This document shows, one piece after another, positions 47,158-58,403 of a stretch of 64,000 nt of DNA. The translations under genes and the position numbers were made by a program. Source of the DNA: Thecamonas trahens ATCC 50062 (Eukaryota; Protista; Apusomonadida); the NCBI RefSeq assembly GCF_000142905.1, contig NW_013657632.1, forward strand, positions 221,057-285,056. The letters run 5' to 3'. The first letter of the stretch is position 1. Each line of letters starts with the position of its first letter. The notes beneath the pieces are model-generated. The model was given only the letters and a program-made list of their open reading frames with translations. It did not search any database and was not told the origin of the DNA.

Positions 47158-50100
47158 ATGCCCAACACACCCGTGGCCCCACGGCTAGACTTGGCCGTCA
47201 GCCTCGCCCTTGCTCTGGCTTGCTTGCTGGTCATGGTGGCCGCAGTGGGCGACGCTACTGCTGCTCCTCTGCCTGCTGGCTCGGCTTCACACTCTCGATC
47301 TCTTCCGCTCTCTACCAATAGCGGAGATGGTTCGGTGGGCGCGGCTTCGTACGGCCTGCCGCTGCCACCCGGTGGCTCGCCCGACTCTGCACAACGTGGC
47401 GGTGTCGAAGCCGACGCACCACCGCCGCCTCCGCTGGGGGCACCGCCTCCGCCTCCTGCGCCTGGAGCACCACCTGCACCACCGCCGCCGCCGCCATCGC
47501 CGCCTCCGCCTCCTNNNNNNNNNNNNNNNNNNNNNNNNNNNNNNNNNNNNNNNNNNNNNNNNNNNNNNNNNNNNNNNNNNNNNNNNNNNNNNNNNNNNNN
47601 NNNNNNNNNNNNNNNNNNNNNNNNNNNNNNNNNNNNNNNCGGTGTTATGTTTCCGCCGCCTCCGCCTCCTGCGCCGCCGCCGCCACCATCGCCGCCACCG
47701 CCGCCGTCGCCACCACCGCCGCCGCTCTGCTCGCCGTCGATGGAGCAGTTTGCGCTAGCCACGTTCTACAACGTCACGGGCGGATCCGGCTGGGACAACC
47801 AGGGCAGCGGCGACGGACAGTGGATGACCGGGCCGGATCACTGCCAGTGGCGTGGGGTGATCTGCGACTCGCACCAGTGCGTTATCACCCTCTACATGCC
47901 AAGCAACAACTTAGTGGGCTCGCTCCCGTCGGAGCTGGGCATGCTCCAGCAGCTGAGCCAAGTCTATCTCCCCGGCAACATGCTGTACTCGTACATTCCG
48001 CACGAGCTCGCGGGCCTGCCAAACCTCGTCCACGTTGACCTTTCGAGCAACCGGCTGCAGGGCACGATCCCGTCGATGTGGAATGTCAACATCACGGTCC
48101 TCAACTTGTTTGACAACAAGCTCGAGGGCACGGTGCCAGCAACGTTTGGGAGCTTTGCGCAGCTCACGGCGCTCTCGCTATACCACAACTTTATTAACGG
48201 CTCGCTGCCGGACCTCTCGGGATGCACGGCGCTCACTACGCTCGACGTCTCGTTCAACAAGCTCACTGGCGAGCTCCCGTCCTGGCTCTCGAACCTACCA
48301 AACCTGTCTGCGGCCAACTTTTCGACCAACGGTATCACAGGCACCTTTCCGCCGTCACTCTCGGCCATGCCGTCCATTGCCGAGTTTGTGGTCTACGAGA
48401 ACTTTATCAACGACACGGTGCCGCGGCTGTTTGGGGACTTGCCTGCGCTCATTCGCCTCGACCTCTCCAACAATCTACTGCACGGCTCGCTCGACGCCCT
48501 TCTGGAGTCCGACTTTCTCGCGCCCATCGAGTACCTCTCGATCAGCTCTAACGGCCTCACAGGCACCCTCCCGCCGGACCTGTTCAAGTTCCTCGGCTCG
48601 CAGGTCTCGTTTGTTGATCTCTCGTCGAACCATCTGTCGGGCTCCATCCCGGGCGCAGGCACTTCGCTCCTCTCACAGCTCTTCTCGCTCAATCTCTGCT
48701 GCCAGCACTTTTCCGGTGCGCTCCCTCAGCTCTCAGCCGATGTCCTGCCGACGCTCAACTTCTTGGACTTTTCGCGCAACGAGCTCAACGACACGCTTGT
48801 TCCGTTGGCCTCGCTGGCAGCCGCGCCGCTCACCTCGCTCAACCTCGACGCCAACCACCTGCATGGCTCGGTGGAGGCTATCCAGGATCTGTTTGGGACA
48901 GCGACCAAGGCGTCGTACAACATGCGCGTCCTCTACCTCTCGCAGAACAACCTGACTGGAACGCTGCCGGAAAAGTTGTGCAACGCCGGCTTTCTCATCA
49001 TCGCCTCGTTTGCCGACAACCAGCTCACGGGCTCGATTCCCAACTGCATGGGCGGAATGCAGTACCTCAAGTCGGTGGACCTCGGCAGCAACACCGGGAT
49101 GCGCGGCGCACTCGGGCAGGACGGCGTGCCGACGATGCCGAGCTTCCTCCGGCCGGGCGCCTCGGTGCGGACGTACAACGGGACGAACCATGCCAAGTTC
49201 AACTGCCCGTCGTGGGTTGCCTCGTCGCCGTCGGCTGGCCTCTTCACTGTCTCGCCGACGTACTACAACTACACCGAGTGCAAGTGTGACACTGGCTCAT
49301 ACGGCGTGGGCAACCTGTGTCGGCCGTGCCCGCGCTCGCTCGTGTGCGGCGGCGGGATGCGGTTCACCGTCCTCGACGGGCACTGGCTCTCGCCGGACCC
49401 GTTTGCCGCCGACGCTCTCGTCCTCGAGTGCCGTAACTCGTCGCTGCTGCACAACCCGTGTGAGTCGATTGATGTCGACCTCAGCGACGTCGGCAAGTAT
49501 GGCGTCGAGGGCTTTCCCTGCGCGAAAGGCTACCACGGGCGGATGTGCGCCCAGTGCTCGCCGGGCTACTACCCGCGCGGCCCACAGTGCGCTAAGTGCA
49601 CACCGGTTGTCCAGCTGCTGATGCTGCTGTGGTACATTGTGTGCATGTGCGGCATGTTCTTCCTCTGCTACCGGCTCTCGGGCGTCGGCGCCTCGCAAAA
49701 GTCGGTCATCACCATCCTCGTCTTTTACCTGCAAACAACCTCGTTGTACAAGTACCTCGACTCGATTGCGTGGTCGAGCCCGCTGCTTGGCTTTTATGCC
49801 TTTCTCTCGCCGCTCAACTTTGAGCTCCTCGGCTTTCAGTGCCTCATCGAGTCGCTCGATTACGAGTCGTACTTTGTGGGCGCCACCATCCAGCCGCTCA
49901 TCTTTGTCTTTATCTCGTTCCTGGTCTTTTGCTCGGGCGTGGCCTGGCATCAGGCAGCGCCGTCGGGCCTCGAGTCGTTTGCCGATCAAGTCCGTAAGTG
50001 GCTGTATAAGGGCCTCTACGTCCTGTTCTTCTTCCTCAACGCCAACTACATCAACGTGGCGCGGCAGGTCCTCCTTCCGCTGCCCTGCATCCGCGATCCG

Positions 50101-50907
50101 GCAACAGGCCGGTCGTACGTCCGGGCTGCGCCGTACGCCGAGTGCGACACACCCGCGCACTCGCGGCTCGTCGTTGCCGCCGTCTTTGTCATGGTGGTGT
50201 ACATGGCCGGCGTGCCGCTGCTCATGGGCGGACTCCTCTACCGCTTCCGCAACGACCTCAAGATGCCGTGGATGTACTCGATGCTCGGATTCTCGTACCG
50301 CATGTACTCGTCGCGCTACTACTGGTGGGAGCTGGTGGTCACGGCCCGCAAGTTTTGCCTCGTCATCGCGCTCTTTGTGCCCAACCACCACTCGTTTGTC
50401 GGCCCGCTGCTCGCCATCGTTGTCCTGCAGCTCTCAATCGTGCTCCAGCTCTCGGCCCGGCCGTACAACACCGAGACGCAGAACTTTGCAGAGGTCATGA
50501 CCCTCTACGCCTTGCAAGTCACCTTTACCGCCGGCCTCATCATCCAGGTCGACTGGATCGCCATCGACGGCGGCGCCATCATTTCGCTCCTGCTCCTCAC
50601 CTTTAACCTCATTGTCATCGGCTACTTTGTCTACGCGCTCTCGCTCTCCAATCCGCGCGCCAAGCAGTTTAACCGCGAGGTGCGCTACCTCTTCCGCCGC
50701 GCCAAGCTCGAGGCTGTCTACCGCGTCCGCCGTTGCTTCTGCCCCGGCCACACCCCGCAGGGCGCGATGTCGGTCCAAGACTCGGCCACATACTTTGACT
50801 CGTCCGACGACGAGGCCACCGTCCTGCTGGATCCTGAGGATGTTGACAAGGGCAACTACGTTGCTTTTCCGCAGCAGGCCCCGTCGGGCCAGCACTTGTT
50901 CCTCTGA
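47158..50907 (+). CDS. Receptor-like protein: signal peptide, poly-Pro stalk, plant-type LRRs, Cys-rich region, multi-TM C-terminus (spans an N-gap)
   Basis: LRRNT (CQWRGVIC), many LxLxxNxLxGxxP repeats, CAKGYHGRMCAQCSPGYY and TM helices with YYWWELV. Confidence 0.85.
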   Translation: MPNTPVAPRLDLAVSLALALACLLVMVAAVGDATAAPLPAGSASHSRSLPLSTNSGDGSVGAASYGLPLPPGGSPDSAQRGGVEADAPPPPPLGAPPPPPAPGAPPAPPPPPPSPPPPPXXXXXXXXXXXXXXXXXXXXXXXXXXXXXXXXXXXXXXXXXXGVMFPPPPPPAPPPPPSPPPPPSPPPPPLCSPSMEQFALATFYNVTGGSGWDNQGSGDGQWMTGPDHCQWRGVICDSHQCVITLYMPSNNLVGSLPSELGMLQQLSQVYLPGNMLYSYIPHELAGLPNLVHVDLSSNRLQGTIPSMWNVNITVLNLFDNKLEGTVPATFGSFAQLTALSLYHNFINGSLPDLSGCTALTTLDVSFNKLTGELPSWLSNLPNLSAANFSTNGITGTFPPSLSAMPSIAEFVVYENFINDTVPRLFGDLPALIRLDLSNNLLHGSLDALLESDFLAPIEYLSISSNGLTGTLPPDLFKFLGSQVSFVDLSSNHLSGSIPGAGTSLLSQLFSLNLCCQHFSGALPQLSADVLPTLNFLDFSRNELNDTLVPLASLAAAPLTSLNLDANHLHGSVEAIQDLFGTATKASYNMRVLYLSQNNLTGTLPEKLCNAGFLIIASFADNQLTGSIPNCMGGMQYLKSVDLGSNTGMRGALGQDGVPTMPSFLRPGASVRTYNGTNHAKFNCPSWVASSPSAGLFTVSPTYYNYTECKCDTGSYGVGNLCRPCPRSLVCGGGMRFTVLDGHWLSPDPFAADALVLECRNSSLLHNPCESIDVDLSDVGKYGVEGFPCAKGYHGRMCAQCSPGYYPRGPQCAKCTPVVQLLMLLWYIVCMCGMFFLCYRLSGVGASQKSVITILVFYLQTTSLYKYLDSIAWSSPLLGFYAFLSPLNFELLGFQCLIESLDYESYFVGATIQPLIFVFISFLVFCSGVAWHQAAPSGLESFADQVRKWLYKGLYVLFFFLNANYINVARQVLLPLPCIRDPATGRSYVRAAPYAECDTPAHSRLVVAAVFVMVVYMAGVPLLMGGLLYRFRNDLKMPWMYSMLGFSYRMYSSRYYWWELVVTARKFCLVIALFVPNHHSFVGPLLAIVVLQLSIVLQLSARPYNTETQNFAEVMTLYALQVTFTAGLIIQVDWIAIDGGAIISLLLLTFNLIVIGYFVYALSLSNPRAKQFNREVRYLFRRAKLEAVYRVRRCFCPGHTPQGAMSVQDSATYFDSSDDEATVLLDPEDVDKGNYVAFPQQAPSGQHLFL

Positions 50908-51109
50908 TGGCGCAAGTCTGTCTGCAACCCTCTGCCGGCACGCGGACGAGGAGTGGAGGAGGCCAGTGCGCGTGGCGTACGCCGGCGGCCGGCGTCCCAC
51001 CCTGTAGCCTACCGTGGGAGCCAGCGGACTCGACAACAGATTGCGTAGCCTTCCCCGTAGTCTACGTACACTCGCCGCCCTTATCACGATCTCCAAGCCA
51101 CTGCCCAAT

Positions 51110-51119
51110 TCACGTGACC
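51110..51119. promoter_or_regulatory. CCAAT-TCACGTGACC composite upstream of membrane-protein gene
   Basis: CCAAT at 51105-51109 abuts TCACGTGACC, ~190 bp before the predicted ATG. Confidence 0.45.
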
Positions 51120-51310
51120 ACGCCCACACGTTGAAAAAGTCGTGTTGGGCTAGGGGAAAAACGCTAGGGTTCTGCAGGGGTGGCGCAGTGTGTGTCTCGG
51201 CCGAGACAGAAAGGGGAGGGGGGGGGGGAGGGGGGGGAAGAAACACGTAGGTTAGTACCTCTCGACTCGCACAGAAACCGGAGGAAGGCGTTTCCGGGGG
51301 AGGTGGAACA

Positions 51311-52846
51311 ATGGTATGTAGCGGTAGCTGTTTCTTGTGACAGGAGGGGAAGCCAGGCAGGGACAAAGAGGGGGAGGGAGGGTAAAAAGCCAAGGCTGTC
51401 GTCGGGATGTCGTGTGCCTTCTTGTGTGCTATGGTCTCGCCCATCGAACACCAAGTCCGGCGCCAAGTGTGGCGGCGGCGAAGGGGAAGGCGAGCGCGTA
51501 CCGCAACCAGGACGAAGCAGGCGGAGCAGAGGCACGGTCCAGGGGAAGGTGCTGCTGTTTTTGCGGCCTGTGTAAGGTTTGTGATACATAGGCATGTCTG
51601 TTCCGTCCTGTGGATGCGGGTGGCCGAGGGGGAGCGAGGGAGGGAGGGGGTGTGTGGGCGTGTCATCGTTGGCGTCGAGTTTTCGCATGCGGTTGTTGGG
51701 CATGGCGGGGGGGGGGGGTGGGAAAGGGGGAGGCAGAAGACGAGGCGGAGGGGCGTGTAGGCATGGAGAAGGAAGTAGGAAGGAGAAAGGGGGAGGGGCA
51801 AGGGGGGGGGGGGGGGACTCATGGAGAGGCGGACGTGGTTTGTGGCATAGGGCCTCGCACAAAGGTTGCGGGACATTATTTTCTGGGGCAAGGTCTTCCT
51901 GGCAGTCATCATGGTGGTGTCTGCGATTCTGTTGGGGGTGGTCATTGCGATTATCGACGACATTTCTTCCGAGCCGGACACACCGCAGCGGGATGCACGC
52001 ATTGTGTATGCGATTCTGCTCATTGTTTCACTGGTGTTCTTTGTACTGTTTGCGTGGGACGCGGTGCTGTTTGAGAACTCGATCCAGCTTGTGACCTTCC
52101 TGCTCTTCTCAGTCCTCATGTGCATTTACGCATTTGTGCAGCTTGTGGGCGACATCTCGAACGGGCTGCTCATTGCGCAGTTTACGGTCCTCTTCCTGGG
52201 TGTAGTGACTGTGTTCTTCCTGGGCTTCAAGGTGTACTCTGAGTTCGGGTGGTCGGTGTACAAGAAGGTGGGCGCGGACCCGCGGATGCGGGCGCTGTAC
52301 CGGACATACCTCATTCTGGTCACGTTGGTCAAGCTCGACTTTGCGCTCGCCATCATCCTCATTGCCCAGAACACGGCGCTTGCTCTGGAGACTGACGATC
52401 CCGAGTTTGCACTCAACATCTGCGCGGTGCTCCTGGTCATTGCGTACACCATCATTGTCGTGCTCGCCGTCCGCCAGGAGTCGAACCCGGCCATGTACCT
52501 GTTCTTTATCCTCTCACCACTGGAGCCGTCGTACATCATCTTCAAGATTGTGCGCTTCTTGACGGTCAAGAACAAGGGCTACGACAAGCTGCCGCGGGGC
52601 CAGCTCGTCTCGTCTGGCGTGGTTGCCATTCTTCTTCGCGTCATCCTCTGTGGCGTTGCCTTCCAGTGCTGGCGTAACTTTGGCCGCGGCCTCACTCGTT
52701 ATGTTACGGGCTCTGGCGCGGCTCCCGACGACCGGCGCCAGTCTGTCGGCAAGGGCACCCAGCTCGAGCCCGCCAAGCGGCGCTCCACCTACGATGTCAA
52801 CTCGCTCGGCTCGTACAACTCGTCGCGCACCTTGCGCATGGACTAA
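51311..52846 (+). CDS. Multi-pass membrane protein, fungal UPF0658-like; first coding exon is ATG only, intron 51314-51850
   Basis: ENSIQL and KVYSEFGWSVYKKVGADPRMRALY...KLDF. ATG|GTATGT...CATAG|GGC restores the frame. Confidence 0.7.
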
Positions 52847-53101
52847 CACACACAAACATGGACATGATGATTGTCGCCAGTGGCCGGGAGTGAGGGTGAT
52901 GGGCAGAGTCGGGCGTGTCCCGACCCGGTCCCGGCGCGAGCGGCCGAACACGGCTCGCTGTTTAGCCTTTGGCGCCTGAAGTTGCGCGCGGGCGGCGGCA
53001 GGACAAGACTAGGCCACACAGCAGCAGTTAGCAGCGTCTGCAGCAGACAACAACCGGCAGTCCAACCAACCCGTCCTTGTCTCTCCCCCTCATTCTTCTC
53101 T

Positions 53102-54952
53102 ATGTCGCGCAGGTGTCGTGCTGGCTGCGGGTGCTGGAAGTGTGTGCTGAATGCCTCGCTGTCCAAGACCGAGCGCCCGTCGCCGCTGACCAGCTCGGCC
53201 CGAGTCGGCGCCGGTGATGGGTCCCGGGCTGATTCACTGGCGCTCTCGCTCTCGGCACTCTCGTCGTCGCTCTCGTCGTCGGCAGTTGGTCGTGGTGGAG
53301 ATGGCGACGGCGGCGGCGGGCAGTCGCTGGCAGCGACGTCGGGCGTCCATGACCAGATCGCCCGCCTCCACGCGCTCATCATGGCAGAGTCCGAGGCTCG
53401 TCTCCGGTCCGAGCGTGCACTTGAAGCTGCGCTAGATGCCCAGGCGAACGCACTGGCTCGCCTCGGCGACCGAGTCTCTGTCCTCGACTCGCGGATGAAC
53501 ACGGCGTCGGCAGCGATGGGCGAGGTGGAGCGGGCGGTGGCGATGGCGCGGGGCGAGCGCGAGCGGGCGGCGACAGGCAGTCAGAGCGGCGAGAGGGCGA
53601 CACCGCAGGCCAGACTGGGCGAGTCGATGCAGGTGGCCGGTCGGCTGGCAGCAGTCGAGGAGATGCTGGCGGCGACAACCGCGCGGATGGAGGCGCGCAT
53701 CGCCACCATTCGCGAGTCGTCGAGCGAGTCGTCGTCCGAGGTGGCGCGGCTCTCAGCAACAGTGTCATCGCTCTCGGCCATGGTCTCGGCCGAGCTCCTT
53801 GCTGCGGCGCACTCGGCCGACAAGTTGTCAGCGTCGCTGGATGCGCGTCTAGCAACCCACACCGCACACATGACTGGCCTGGCGGCGGCAGCGTCGACCG
53901 CCGCGCCGTCGTCCGCCATCAACGACGTGGCAGACAGCATACAGGCGCTCGAGGCGCGGTGTGAGGAACTGGAGCAAAGAGCAGTGTCGGCGACAACCGC
54001 TACAGCGACACTACAGGATGCGCTGATGGTGGCTGACGACGATCGCGCCCAGCTCGTCGAGCGGGTCCAGTGCCTGGAGTCAGCAGCCGAAGAGGCGCGC
54101 CAGAAGCCTGCACCTGTGCCGATGGAAGCAACCGGTCTCATCAGCAGCGATGGCTCGCTTGGTGCCTCACCCGAACTCCGCCTCGACACGCTCGAGACCG
54201 AGGTCGGCGCCATCGCCGACAACGTGCGTGAAGCGCTGGCTGTCGCTGACGAGGCTGCGCACGTCGCACGCGACGCCGGCGCTTCGACCGCTACTGTCGA
54301 GTCGACGATCCGTGAAGTTGCCGACGACGTCCGCTCTCTGCAAATCGAGGTCCAGACACTGTCGGCGCGGCTCACGGTCGCCGAGAAGACGCTGAGGGCC
54401 CAGCCTAGCAGCGGATATGCTCGCGGAAATCTGGATCCGCATCCGCCAGCACGGCCGCTTCCGACTCAGCCGCAGCCGTTCGAGTCTCTGTCGCTGGACC
54501 AGCGAGACGATTGGGAGCAGGAGCTACAGTCTTCGCGGTCGCCGTCGCCGTCGCCGATGGCAACGCCCACGACCTGGGGCATGTCGCCGTCGCCGTCACC
54601 GTCGCCGCCGCCCGTCTCACTGGATCCGGATCCGCAGATTGAGGCGGAGCCTCAGGGCACAGACACGCCAAGTGTTCGCAAGCGGATCCGAGTTCGCACT
54701 CGGCCGGGAGCGCGTTCAGGCCGCCAGCCGGCAACGACACCGGCGCGAGTCTCATCGGGCCGGCTGCCACACGAGCTCTCCGGGCTCGACGAGCTGTTGT
54801 CTGATGACCTCGACCTCGAAGAGCATATCCTCTCACCGGGCGAGAGCAACATGGCTGGCAGCACGATTGAGGCCTTCGATGATGACGATGGCTCCGAGTC
54901 GTCGTTTGATCCGGCAGCCATTCTCCAAGCTGGGGCGGACCAGCTCCTGTAG
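53102..54952 (+). CDS. Coiled-coil protein with N-terminal CxCxxC motif and acidic tail
   Basis: Long ORF with heptad-rich core, starting MSRRCRAGCGCWKC. Confidence 0.7.
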   Translation: MSRRCRAGCGCWKCVLNASLSKTERPSPLTSSARVGAGDGSRADSLALSLSALSSSLSSSAVGRGGDGDGGGGQSLAATSGVHDQIARLHALIMAESEARLRSERALEAALDAQANALARLGDRVSVLDSRMNTASAAMGEVERAVAMARGERERAATGSQSGERATPQARLGESMQVAGRLAAVEEMLAATTARMEARIATIRESSSESSSEVARLSATVSSLSAMVSAELLAAAHSADKLSASLDARLATHTAHMTGLAAAASTAAPSSAINDVADSIQALEARCEELEQRAVSATTATATLQDALMVADDDRAQLVERVQCLESAAEEARQKPAPVPMEATGLISSDGSLGASPELRLDTLETEVGAIADNVREALAVADEAAHVARDAGASTATVESTIREVADDVRSLQIEVQTLSARLTVAEKTLRAQPSSGYARGNLDPHPPARPLPTQPQPFESLSLDQRDDWEQELQSSRSPSPSPMATPTTWGMSPSPSPSPPPVSLDPDPQIEAEPQGTDTPSVRKRIRVRTRPGARSGRQPATTPARVSSGRLPHELSGLDELLSDDLDLEEHILSPGESNMAGSTIEAFDDDDGSESSFDPAAILQAGADQLL

Positions 54953-55020
54953 CTGCGGGCCGAGCGGTGCGAGGAGAGACAGCGGCCGTCGATAAACCTC
55001 TCTCATCGGCAGAGCGAGCC

Positions 55021-56547
55021 ATGTGGCGGGCCGAGCTTGCAGTGGCATGGGGCCTCGCGGCGTGGGCGACCTGGACGAGTGCGGAAGGAGGAGAGGCTGG
55101 GTGTTGGGCGGTGCTGATGGCGAGTGCGGTGGCGAGCGCGGTGCTTGCGTCGGTGCCGAGCCCGGCGACACCCGTATGGGCTCGCCGGACGGAGCCGCGT
55201 GCTGACGGCGGACAAGCCGGCGTACTCCTTCCGTGGGCGGTGGTGGTGGCGGCTGGCGGTGGTGGTGGCGGTGGTGGCGGTGGGCTGGCGGCGTTTGCTG
55301 CCTGTGTCGCGGTGGTGGCGGCGGCGTGGACGTCGGCGGCGCCGAGGCGGTGGGTGGCGGCGGTCGGGTACGCAGCGATGGCGGCGATGCCTTGTCTGGC
55401 GGCGCCGCCGGGACTGGGTATGTGGTCGGGCGTTGCTATGGGCTGCGCCATGGTCTGCGCTGCCTCGCTGCCGTGGTCTGCTGTTGGATCGTTGGCGCTG
55501 GGCGAGGCGCTGGTAGTCTCGGCGGGGATGGGGAGCTTGGGCGCAGGAGTGGTCGCTGGCATCGACTCGGCCCTGGTAGTAGCTGGACTAGTGGCAGTAG
55601 CGGGAGTGCTGGTAGCAGGCCTGGCTGCTGGGGTGCTGATTGCGGCACTTGTACGCAGCGGGCGCCGAGCGGCGTCATCAAGCGCCGCATCGCTGAGGCT
55701 CCTGATCTATGGCGGCACGCTGAGCGTTGCAGTAGTGGGCGGAGTGAGTGTGATAGATCCACGGGTGGGCGAAGCCGGGCTCGGACACTGGTTGGTGAAC
55801 GAGGGAGTGGTCCGACAACCGGGCATTGTCACAGCGTGGTTGGCGGTCTTGGGGTGTTTCTTTGGGTTTGTGCTGCCGCGGCTGCTGGGCGGCGACGTTG
55901 CGCTTGTCGACGTGCGCAAGGCGTATCATGGGCTCGCTGTGGTGCTGTTCACGGGTCCAACACTTGTCGACGGCGAATGGATGGTGCTGGCGTACGCGGC
56001 GGCGATGTGCATGTTTGTGGTTGCAGAAACGGTCCGAGTGCTGCGTGTGGAAGTGTTTGGCGTGTGTGTGGGGAGCTGGCTCGACGGAGTGCTGGACCAG
56101 TTCATCGACGATCGCGACTCGGGCGTGCTTGTGGTGACGCATAGCTACCTGCTCATTGGCTGTGCGCTCCCACTGGTGGTTCACAGAACGGCAGGGGCGG
56201 CGGCGAGTGACGGTGTCGAGGCAGTGGTGACGACGCTGGGCGTGGTTGTTCTGGGCGTTGCCGACGCCGCCGCGTCATTTGTAGGCACGCGATACGGGAG
56301 CATCAAGTGGCCCGGCTCGCGTAAGAGCATACAGGGAACCGCAGCTGCTGCGGTGGCCGGAAGCGCAGCGTGTGCAGCAGTATGGCGGGCCGGAAGTGGG
56401 AGCTGGCCGGCAGCTAATGAGGCACTAGTGCTGATAGGACTCAACACCACGGTGGCAGTCTACGAAGCCGCCTCGGAGCTCATCGACAACCTCATGCTCC
56501 CGGTAGTTGCGCTTGCAGCCTCGCACTGCTTCCTAGGCACTCTTTGA
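55021..56547 (+). CDS. DOLK: Dolichol kinase (Sec59-like)
   Basis: RKAYH, FIDDRDSGVLVVTHSYLLIGCALP, GVADAAASFVG..YG..KWPGSRKSIQGT and IDNLMLP. Confidence 0.9.
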   Translation: MWRAELAVAWGLAAWATWTSAEGGEAGCWAVLMASAVASAVLASVPSPATPVWARRTEPRADGGQAGVLLPWAVVVAAGGGGGGGGGGLAAFAACVAVVAAAWTSAAPRRWVAAVGYAAMAAMPCLAAPPGLGMWSGVAMGCAMVCAASLPWSAVGSLALGEALVVSAGMGSLGAGVVAGIDSALVVAGLVAVAGVLVAGLAAGVLIAALVRSGRRAASSSAASLRLLIYGGTLSVAVVGGVSVIDPRVGEAGLGHWLVNEGVVRQPGIVTAWLAVLGCFFGFVLPRLLGGDVALVDVRKAYHGLAVVLFTGPTLVDGEWMVLAYAAAMCMFVVAETVRVLRVEVFGVCVGSWLDGVLDQFIDDRDSGVLVVTHSYLLIGCALPLVVHRTAGAAASDGVEAVVTTLGVVVLGVADAAASFVGTRYGSIKWPGSRKSIQGTAAAAVAGSAACAAVWRAGSGSWPAANEALVLIGLNTTVAVYEAASELIDNLMLPVVALAASHCFLGTL

Positions 56548-56583
56548 CACAAAGATAGCCATGACTTTGCGAGTTCAGGTGAA

Positions 56584-57192
56584 CTATGCGCCAAGGATCA
56601 TGGCGTAGGCCATGACGATGATGTTCACGACGATGAGCGGGACTGTGTGTGTGGTGGTGGTGGGGGGGGGGGGGGGAGATGAGATGAGTGAGATGAGAGG
56701 GAGATGGGGGAAGAAAGGGAGATGAGAGCAAGATGAGATCGATGGACGTACTCCGCAGTAGCATGCGGACCGACTTGAGTAGGTTGGAGATCTGGTCCTT
56801 GACCGAGGGATCTGCGTTGTGTGTCACTCCCCAGCCGACTGGCCCGATGACATCAGAGACAGGACGATGGCATGTGTGAGTGGTGGGAGGAGGGGGAGGG
56901 GGGGTTTGTGCATGTGTGTGTGTATGCGGGTGTGTATGTGTGTATGTGTGTGTGCGCGTGTGTGTGTATGTGTGTATGTATGTATGTGCGCGTGTGTGTG
57001 TGCGTGTGTGTGTGTGTGTGTGGTGAGGGGGACGGGGGGAAGGGGAAGGGCATGGGTGGCTAGGGGGAAGGCAAGGAAGGGTAAGAAGAGGTGCTGCGTA
57101 CTCCGCTGGAGGAACCGCTCCTCATGGAGAATGGCTAGAGCGTTGACAAGGAGCAGCGAGGCGTAGAGCAGCGAACCGAGGGAGAATCCCAT
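56584..57192 (-). CDS. IER3IP1: Yos1/IER3IP1 small membrane protein; introns 56839-57101 and 56643-56751
   Basis: Spliced product [33 protein letters not shown]...[35 protein letters not shown]. Confidence 0.9.
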
Positions 57193-57390
57193 GGCGGCGA
57201 CTCGGTTGGCGTCAAGTGGATGCGATGCAGATGGTCGAGGGTCGGCAGAGGGCGGGAAGCGGGAAGATGGTCCCAACAAGCCACGAGACCATCGCAGCTG
57301 TGGAACGGTGGGTGCCTGCTCTGGTCATTTGGTTGTATGCTACAGAAGGTTCTACGTGCGGGGAAGAGCGAGAGGGGAGGAGGTGGGCGC

Positions 57391-58292
57391 TTATCGGCCG
57401 ACCTTGCCGAGCTTCGAGTTGGTCTTTGGGTCTGCAGTGACGTTCTGGATGGCGACAATGAGCTCGTTGATCTGGGTCTGGAGCTCGCGGAGGTCGTGGA
57501 CGTAGAGGAGCTTGAGGATGGCAGCGGCGCGGTTGACGAGCGGATCGCCGGTGTCAAAACCGAGCGGGAAGGTCTTCTCCATGTTGGTGGCAAGTTCGAC
57601 GGCCTCGGCCTCGGTGAGCTCGTCGAGGGCGGCGGCCGAGGCTGCGGCGCCCGAGGCACCGAACCGGCGATGGACGGCGTGACAGGCGGCGCGGAGTGTG
57701 TCGAGCGGCTCGCCTTCGGCTGGCATGCCCAGAGCAGCGGCAAGGGCGCGGATGGCACCAACTATGGCGTCGTCGGCCAGGAGCGAGGCGTCATCAGCGA
57801 CGGCAGCTCCCGGGCGCTCCTCATCCATGGCGACCACCTCGGTCCCGGGGTCAGCCTCGGCATCGATGGCACCCCGGGCAACAGCATCAGCATACTCGAG
57901 CGAGATAGCAACACCAACGACCCACGCCAGCGCCTGGGCACGAGCGCCGGCATCGGGCGGATACGGCGCATCAAGGGCAGCCAGATACGCCCGCCACGCC
58001 TCGTCCAGGGGCGCATCGACCAGCTGGCTCCGCTCCTCGACCGAGTACCGTCTAATCTTTGTCGCCTCAAGCCAGATCAGCAGCTGGCGCACACCATCGT
58101 CATCTGTAAGCCGTGTCGTATGAGTGAGTCTGTCCTGCCAACCACCGTCTCCCCGCCCCCTCCCCCTGCTCTGGCCGATAGAAACCGGGGCCGGTACTGC
58201 TGCCGGCTTCTTGTGCTCTACGTACCGTCCACATGCAGGCTCTCTGCCTCTGGGTAGCCGAGGGCGTCCAGCTTGACGCGCAGCGAGGTCAT
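57391..58292 (-). CDS. RTRAF: RTRAF/C14orf166 (CGI-99) family, tRNA-ligase complex subunit; intron 58104-58225
   Basis: [20 protein letters not shown] and C-terminal [33 protein letters not shown]. Confidence 0.9.
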
Positions 58293-58403
58293 GGGTGCGG
58301 TGGAGAGTGAGGTGGATGGGAAGGGGGTGGGGCGTGTGGGGGGTGTGTGGGGAGGGTGTGGGGAATGGAAGGGGGATAAACCATAGGCACACCTTTGTTC
58401 ACA

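Noticed and set aside
51176-51250. tRNA-like start GGGGTGGCGCAGTG
   Set aside because: No T-loop/B-box or cloverleaf follows.
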